From positions 10,366 through 74,365 of the forward strand of contig CANPVP010000009.1 in assembly GCA_947581825.1 (NCBI GenBank): a DNA stretch of 64,000 nt, written 5' to 3'. Made by a program: the position numbers and the translations under genes. The notes beneath the pieces are model-generated. The model had not been told where the DNA came from, made no database searches, and saw only the letters and a program-made list of their open reading frames with translations. Source of the DNA: an uncultured Clostridia bacterium (lineage in GTDB: Bacteria > Bacillota > Clostridia > TANB77 > CAG-508). Shown in pieces: positions 57,859-64,000 of the stretch (within the stretch, counting starts at the first letter, position 1; the number at the start of each line of letters is the position of its first letter).

Positions 57859-60474
57859 TTATCCTAATATTTCTTTTAATGGTTTCATCAATTGTTTTAT
57901 ATCTATAGGCTTAGCAACATGTCCATTCATTCCTGCTTCTTTAGCCAATTTTTTATCTTCTTCAAAAGCATTAGCTGTCATTGCTATAATAGGAATATTA
58001 GCAATTTGTTTATTTGAAAATTTACGAATAGCCTTAGTAGCCTCATAACCATTCATAATTGGCATCTGAATATCCATTAGTACTAAATCAAAATATCCAG
58101 GCTTTGAATTTTTTAAAATATCACATGCTTCTTTTCCGTTTTCTGCACTCTCTACTGTGAATCCAAAATCTTTCATATATTCAGTTGCAATCTCACGATT
58201 CATCATATTGTCTTCTACTAATAAAATTCTCTTGCCAGTAAAATCGAATTTTTCTTCCTCTTCTTCTTTTCCTTTTTCTTCTATGCCAAATGATTTCATT
58301 AATATATTTCTTAAATCAGATGGGAAAAGTGGTTTACTAATAAATTCTGTAACTCCTGCTTCTTTTGCCTCTTGTTCTACCTCTGCCCAATCATATGCTG
58401 AAAGAAGAATTATTGGAGCTTCTTTTCCTACTATTTTTCTAATACGTCTAACTGTTTCAATTCCATTCATATCTGGCATTAGCCAATCTATAAAGTAAAC
58501 TTTAAATTCATCTTTCATTTGTAAAGCTTCTTTTGTACGTACTACAGCCTCTTTACCATACATTGTCCACTCTGATTTTAATCCTAATTGTCTAAGCATA
58601 TAAGCTAAACTTTGGCATGTATTCATATCATCATCTACTACTAATGTACGTATACCTTTCAAACTTTCAATTATTTCGATTTCTTTATGTTCTTCTTGAA
58701 GTTTAAAATCAAGTGTAACTGTGATTTCAGTTCCTTTTCCTTCTTTACTATCAATTTTGATTGTTCCACCCATCATGTCAACAATTTTCTTAGTAATCGC
58801 CATTCCTAAACCTGTTCCTTGAATTCCACTTACTGTTGAATTACGTTCTCTTGCAAAAGGTTCAAAAATTTCTTTTATGAATTGTTTACTAATTCCAATA
58901 CCTGTATCTTTTACTTTAAACTCATAAGTTCCATATCCTGCTTTCTGAACCTGCTTTTGTTTTATATGTAAAGATATTATTCCTCCAGGTTTAGTAAATT
59001 TTATAGCATTAGATAAAAGATTTATTAATATTTGATTTACTCTTAATTTATCACAATATATATTCTCATCTGTAATATTCATAGTATCAATTACAAATTC
59101 CATTTGTTTTGCATTTATATCTGCCTGTACTATATTTCTAATACTATGAAGCATATCTGCAAGGTTTTCTTGCTTTTCTTCTATATTTACCTTACCAGAT
59201 TCTATTCTACTCATGTCTAAAACATCATTTATTAAAGAAAGTAAATGATCTGATGATTGTTGAATTTTTTCAAGGTAATCCTTAACTCTTTCTTTATTAT
59301 CAATATGAGTTCTTGCTAAAGAAGTAAATCCTATAATTGCATTCATAGGCGTACGAATATCATGAGACATATTATTTAAAAATGTAGTTTTTGCTCTGTT
59401 TGCTTGTTCAGCTAATGCTAATGCAGATTTCAATTCATCTCCATGCTTTATTTCATACTTCATAAGATTTCTTTGTGATCTATTTCTTAACACTAATATA
59501 ACAACTACTACAATTATAGCCAAAATAACTCCTGTAAGAACTGTAAATAGTTCTAACAAATTATTAGCCCTATTTTGGAATATTTCCATTGGAACTGACA
59601 TAACGAAGTACCATCTTAAATCTTCCATAGGAGTACATAACATAAGACGGTCTTCTCCCTCTAATTCACATTGGAATGAAATTGGTTCTCTTGCAGATAT
59701 TTTCTCGTTTATTTCCTCTACTGTAACTCCATATTTTATATCAGCAGTTTTCATTATCTCGTAGAAGTTGTTTCTTTCAAAAGTAGTATTTTCTCTTTCT
59801 TCATACACTAAATAATCTCCTCTAGTATTGATAACACTACTATATCCATCTCCATTATAACTGTCTATTCTAAGTTCATCAGCTAATGTTCCTATATCAT
59901 AATAAGTTAACGCATATTCTATTTTGTCTCCATTTACAGTAAAAGGTTCTGTTTTTACTCCGATTAAAAGCATCTCTCTATCATTGTTAACATATTCTAT
60001 ATCGTCATTACTTATTCTATATACAAAATGTTCTTTAGACTCTTTACATAGTTCAAGAGATTTTTGCGCATCTTCTATTTTTTTACTACTACAAAAAGCC
60101 TTTCCATCTGATGAAATTAATGTATATTCAATACAATCTGTTGTACTTGCTCTAAGATTTAATATGTTTAACATTTCATCAACATCATTAATTTTTAATT
60201 TTCTTATTTCATCTGCTATACTTTCTACTTCTGACCATCTATGTTCAATCCCAGATAAAATAGATTTTTCATCATGTCTTGCTAATTCTTCCATATTTTG
60301 AACAGATGAGCTTACAACTCTTTCATAAATTGCATTTGAACATAATCTATAGCTAAACATTATTACTATTATCATAACTATTGCAATTAAAAATAAAATT
60401 ATATTATTTCTTCTAATTCTACGTTCTCTTGCTTTGATATCTTTATCAACATTTTTTTTCTTACCTTTTTTCAA
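57859..60474 (-). CDS. Hybrid sensor histidine kinase (TM - extracytoplasmic Cache-like domain - TM - HisKA - HATPase - REC - REC)
   Basis: 871 aa. H-box SHDIRTPMNAI, G-boxes DTGIGI / GTGLGMAI, and two receiver domains (DWLMPDMNG, DIQMPIMNG). Confidence 0.9.
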   Translation of the reverse strand: MKKGKKKNVDKDIKARERRIRRNNIILFLIAIVMIIVIMFSYRLCSNAIYERVVSSSVQNMEELARHDEKSILSGIEHRWSEVESIADEIRKLKINDVDEMLNILNLRASTTDCIEYTLISSDGKAFCSSKKIEDAQKSLELCKESKEHFVYRISNDDIEYVNNDREMLLIGVKTEPFTVNGDKIEYALTYYDIGTLADELRIDSYNGDGYSSVINTRGDYLVYEERENTTFERNNFYEIMKTADIKYGVTVEEINEKISAREPISFQCELEGEDRLMLCTPMEDLRWYFVMSVPMEIFQNRANNLLELFTVLTGVILAIIVVVVILVLRNRSQRNLMKYEIKHGDELKSALALAEQANRAKTTFLNNMSHDIRTPMNAIIGFTSLARTHIDNKERVKDYLEKIQQSSDHLLSLINDVLDMSRIESGKVNIEEKQENLADMLHSIRNIVQADINAKQMEFVIDTMNITDENIYCDKLRVNQILINLLSNAIKFTKPGGIISLHIKQKQVQKAGYGTYEFKVKDTGIGISKQFIKEIFEPFARERNSTVSGIQGTGLGMAITKKIVDMMGGTIKIDSKEGKGTEITVTLDFKLQEEHKEIEIIESLKGIRTLVVDDDMNTCQSLAYMLRQLGLKSEWTMYGKEAVVRTKEALQMKDEFKVYFIDWLMPDMNGIETVRRIRKIVGKEAPIILLSAYDWAEVEQEAKEAGVTEFISKPLFPSDLRNILMKSFGIEEKGKEEEEEKFDFTGKRILLVEDNMMNREIATEYMKDFGFTVESAENGKEACDILKNSKPGYFDLVLMDIQMPIMNGYEATKAIRKFSNKQIANIPIIAMTANAFEEDKKLAKEAGMNGHVAKPIDIKQLMKPLKEILG

Positions 60475-60480
60475 TTTTAC

Positions 60481-61560
60481 TCACCCTTCGCAATTATTTT
60501 CTAATATTTCAGCCATAAAATCATCTTTCGCATGATCAAGACATTCTAATATTCTAGGAGAAAAAACTCCACATTCTCCATTATTTATTTTTTCCAGTGT
60601 TTCATCATGTGAATATGAATTTTTATAAACTCTTTTACTTGTCATTGCATCATAAACATCTACAATCGACACAATCTGAGCACAAATTGGTATTTCTTCT
60701 CCCACTAATCCATCTGGATATCCTCTACCATCGTATCTCTCGTGATGATGTCTACATATATTATAACAATATTTGTAGAAATCATTTTCGGCTTGTTTAA
60801 ATTTTTCTAACATCTGACATCCATATATTGTATGCTTTTTCATTTCTTCATACTCTTCTTGAGTTAACTTGCCTGGTTTCAGCAAAATATTGTCTGGTAT
60901 AGCTATTTTTCCAATATCATGAAGTGCTGATGCATTTACTATTAAATCAATTTGTTCGTCTGAGAATTGATTTTCTCCATATAAAGCTCTCCAATGGTTT
61001 AATAATATTCTTGTATATTTTTTTACTCTCTGAATATGTTCTCCAGATTCTAAACTTCTAAATTCAACAACAGAACTTAATGCATTAATTATAAATTCAT
61101 TGTTTTGTTCTAACATTTTTTTGCTTTCTATCAATTCTTGAGTTCTTACTTCCAACTCTTTTTCTATAGATATTCTATGTTTAAACAGTTCTATTATATT
61201 TTTTGCTCTACGAATTACAACTGCTGGTTCAAAAGGCTTATAAATAATATCTGCTGCTCCTAATTCATATGCTTTAACGTCAGATTCTACTGTTGCCATT
61301 CCAGTAATCATAATTACTGGAATGGTTTTTAACATTCCATTTAAAGACATATGTTGCATTACTTCTAAGCCATTTTTCTTAGGCATTACTAAATCCAAAA
61401 AAACTAATGCAATTTCATCTCTATATTGGTCTAGTATTTCAGTTGCTTCTTCTCCGTTAGAAGCCTCAAGAATTGTATATGTTCCTGTAAAAATATCTTT
61501 TAACATTTCTCTATTAATCATTGCATCATCAACAATAAGTATTGTATCTTTCTTTTCCAT
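60481..61560 (-). CDS. Response regulator with HD-GYP phosphodiesterase output
   Basis: 359 aa. REC (DDAMINR..., DLVMPKKNG), then HD (ALHDIGK) and HHERYDGRGYP. Confidence 0.9.
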   Translation of the reverse strand: MEKKDTILIVDDAMINREMLKDIFTGTYTILEASNGEEATEILDQYRDEIALVFLDLVMPKKNGLEVMQHMSLNGMLKTIPVIMITGMATVESDVKAYELGAADIIYKPFEPAVVIRRAKNIIELFKHRISIEKELEVRTQELIESKKMLEQNNEFIINALSSVVEFRSLESGEHIQRVKKYTRILLNHWRALYGENQFSDEQIDLIVNASALHDIGKIAIPDNILLKPGKLTQEEYEEMKKHTIYGCQMLEKFKQAENDFYKYCYNICRHHHERYDGRGYPDGLVGEEIPICAQIVSIVDVYDAMTSKRVYKNSYSHDETLEKINNGECGVFSPRILECLDHAKDDFMAEILENNCEG

Positions 61561-61578
61561 AATATCTCCTCATTTATA

Positions 61579-61926
61579 CTACATAATTATTCTTTTTATT
61601 GCTTTGATTACTCTTTCATATTCTCTTTTCACGTCTAAAAATGTTGTTTCAGCTTTTTCCATATTATTTGCCCTTAATTCTTCAGTTATCTGTGATGCAA
61701 TCGTACTAAGATCAGTAAATGCCATATTTTGACAAACTCCTTTTAAAGTATGTGCACCATTAAAGGCCTCTTCACAATTTTTAGTTGCCATTCCATCTTC
61801 TAATTGATTATAAGATTCATCCATTAAAAAAAATTTTAAATACTTTTCTATTCTTTCATCGTTTTGCATTCTTGAAATTGCTTGTTTATAATCTCCACCT
61901 ATACTACTATATAATTCTTCTATCAT
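61579..61926 (-). CDS. Hpt (histidine phosphotransfer) domain protein
   Basis: 115 aa, four-helix pattern with GAHTLKG. Confidence 0.8.
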   Translation of the reverse strand: MIEELYSSIGGDYKQAISRMQNDERIEKYLKFFLMDESYNQLEDGMATKNCEEAFNGAHTLKGVCQNMAFTDLSTIASQITEELRANNMEKAETTFLDVKREYERVIKAIKRIIM

Positions 61927-62019
61927 AAGTTTACCTTCCTTTAATTTTTCTCACCTATAAAGTTACAATAACAATATAAAAAAGTCAATAAATTTATTGT
62001 TATCTTTTTTAATTTTTAA

Positions 62020-63330
62020 CTATAGGTTAAAATCTCCTATTCTTTCTCTAAAATTATTAAAATCTTTCATTTTCCACGACCAATTTTCTTTACTCATTGT
62101 TCCTGGTATATTAATTCTTGCACTATCATCTAAGCCTAATACATCTTGAACTGCTACTATAGCAATATTCGCTTTGCACTTCAAACAATATTGCATCATA
62201 CCATGATTTACATTTATATTATTGCACCCATTATTGCCTAAAAACATTTTCAATTTTTCTTTATTGTCATCACTCAAACTTTTGTACCATCCATATATTG
62301 TTTGACAATCATGGTTTCCAGGAGCTATTATTACATTTTCAGATTCATTATCTCTATCGTATCCTCCATATAAATCAATTGCAAATTGTAAAATTTTTTG
62401 TCTAGTAAAATCGTAATGTTCTCTTAATTTAACTGTTTCTTCCCTTATATCTCCCAAATCTTCAATAATTAAATTATCTTTCGTAATATTTTCCTCTTCA
62501 AATAATTTATCAAAAAATCCATAACTTACACCGTCTTCATAGCAACCAAACTTTCCTGATTTTTTCACTGGAATTTTATAAAAAGAATCATATCCTCTAA
62601 AATAATCTACTCTTACTTTATCAAAAAGTTTTAAATAATATTTATATCTATCTACTAAATATTTGAACTTATCCTTTTTTATATTTTTTATATTATATAC
62701 ATAGCTTCCCCATCTTTGGCCATTCTCATTAAAATAATCTGGCGGAGTACCTGCTTCGAATTCATAATCATAATATTTAGGATTGTACTCTGTTTCGGCA
62801 GAATCAAATGGAGGATATGCTGGCATATCTCCAATTATTTTTATTCCTTTAGAATTCGCATATATTTTTAAGTCCATCCATTGTTTAAAAGCTATATACT
62901 GCAAAAAAGAATAATATTCTTCGCTCTTCTTTGTTTTTTTACTCATATATGTACAGTATTTTTTTATCTCTTTATTTCTAGCAAACTCTTTATATTCATC
63001 ATTTTTTTTAAAATTATTAAAAGCTTCTTGAAAATATTTTTCTTTAAATTTACTATTAAGAATTCTATCCTCTGAATTTCTTTTTCTGGTAGCCTTTATT
63101 AATCCATCATCTTTTAATTTATCTAATGAAATATAAGACTCTTCTAAGGCATAATAGCTAATTGGAGAATATGGTAACCCCTTACAAGCATTTATTGGTA
63201 GAATCTCCCAATAATCCATTTTGTTTTCACTTAAAATATCTATAAATTCATATGCTTCATATCCAAAATCACCAATTCCATACTTAGATGGTAGTGAAAA
63301 AATAGGCAATAAAATTCCTTTTTCTTTCAT
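62020..63330 (-). CDS. malQ: 4-alpha-glucanotransferase (GH77 amylomaltase)
   Basis: 436 aa. GILLPIFSLPSKYGIGDFG N-terminus and catalytic-region motifs VDYFRG, EDLG, NHD. Confidence 0.85.
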   Translation of the reverse strand: MKEKGILLPIFSLPSKYGIGDFGYEAYEFIDILSENKMDYWEILPINACKGLPYSPISYYALEESYISLDKLKDDGLIKATRKRNSEDRILNSKFKEKYFQEAFNNFKKNDEYKEFARNKEIKKYCTYMSKKTKKSEEYYSFLQYIAFKQWMDLKIYANSKGIKIIGDMPAYPPFDSAETEYNPKYYDYEFEAGTPPDYFNENGQRWGSYVYNIKNIKKDKFKYLVDRYKYYLKLFDKVRVDYFRGYDSFYKIPVKKSGKFGCYEDGVSYGFFDKLFEEENITKDNLIIEDLGDIREETVKLREHYDFTRQKILQFAIDLYGGYDRDNESENVIIAPGNHDCQTIYGWYKSLSDDNKEKLKMFLGNNGCNNINVNHGMMQYCLKCKANIAIVAVQDVLGLDDSARINIPGTMSKENWSWKMKDFNNFRERIGDFNL

Positions 63331-63512
63331 AACTTTCTCCTTAGTATATAATTATTTGTATATATTCTAAACTAAATTTATTTAAATATCAATTATTATA
63401 TATCTTTTTATTTGACTTTTTTGTGATTATATTATTGTTAATATTTTCCATGATTCATCTTGTAAATGAATATATTTTAAAATAAAGCATCTCTACCTTC
63501 TATATAACAAAC

Positions 63513-63535
63513 GGGAGACCGATGGTCTCCCCTAC
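63513..63535 (-). terminator. nrdG terminator that is also a member of the GC-rich hairpin family
   Basis: Plus strand GGGAGACC-gat-GGTCTCCC-CTAC. On the minus strand the hairpin is followed by GTTTGTTATAT, 40 nt after the nrdG stop. Confidence 0.6.
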
Positions 63536-63576
63536 ATTTGTTCTGTATTTTGCTGTCATTCACAGAATTTTAAAAT

Positions 63577-64000
63577 TTAATCTAATAAAACGATTTTATT
63601 GCTATTTAAACTTTTTTGAACATCAATTACTCTTTGATTTTCCGAACCTTTCCATTTTAAGGTTGGATTATGTAATTCATCAACATATCTTCCATCAACT
63701 AATACATCTATATATTTTAATACCTCTTTATCTTTTAAGTCTTCATCAAATTTAAAACCTGACCATACCCATATATTTTTATTAGGATATTTTTCTTTGA
63801 ATTCTTTTGCCAGTTTTGTAGTAGCTTCTATATTCTTTGGATGCATAGGTTCTCCGCCTAAGATTGATAATCCTTTTATATGGTCTTTTCCACATAAATT
63901 AATAACTTCCTCTATTGATTCTTGTGTAAACTCTTTTCCTCCATCAAAATTCCAAGTTTCTGGATTAAAGCAGTTTTTACAATGAAATTCACATCCTTGC
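63577..64000 (-). CDS. nrdG: Anaerobic ribonucleotide reductase activating protein (N-terminus off window)
   Basis: Own translation of the minus strand from the window end: QGCEFHCKNCFNPETW...GLSILGGEPMHPKN... (radical SAM CxxxCxxC). This continues into the tracked ORF 63577-63846. Confidence 0.85.
   Translation of the reverse strand, partial: QGCEFHCKNCFNPETWNFDGGKEFTQESIEEVINLCGKDHIKGLSILGGEPMHPKNIEATTKLAKEFKEKYPNKNIWVWSGFKFDEDLKDKEVLKYIDVLVDGRYVDELHNPTLKWKGSENQRVIDVQKSLNSNKIVLLD

Overview
AT-rich (about 25-28% GC by eye) chromosomal segment of Firmicutes/Clostridia type. It holds about 55 protein genes, all but five on the minus strand, and most are housekeeping. Recognisable genes include pit, argS, folD, ligA, pgsA, nifS-nifU, ileS with an Ile T-box leader, RNase P RNA, gpsA-plsY-der, malQ and nrdG. 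Larger units are a ~12 kb teichoic-acid/cell-wall glycopolymer locus (3.7-15.4 kb, with an adjacent fused ABC exporter to 18.0 kb), a CsoR-CopZ-CopA copper operon, several ABC exporters, and an Hpt / REC-HD-GYP / hybrid-kinase phosphorelay. I saw no integrase, transposase, cas, restriction-modification or other obvious defence gene, and no CRISPR array. The unexplained signals are non-coding or compositional. (1) Two ~155-nt foldback elements lie 15 kb apart in inverted orientation; they share a 113-nt core (5 mismatches) but have unrelated, internally complementary 20-nt outer arms. (2) A family of GC-rich hairpins ending in CTAC (GTAG on the other strand) is clustered in an unusually long 638-bp intergenic region, with dispersed members placed as terminators. 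(3) A ~400-bp GC-rich single-gene cassette (91-aa acidic protein) has foreign-looking codon usage behind a host-like promoter. (4) A leader upstream of an ABC operon carries the 5' half of the ykkC/guanidine-I riboswitch signature. All family assignments come from motif recognition by eye; no searches were run.
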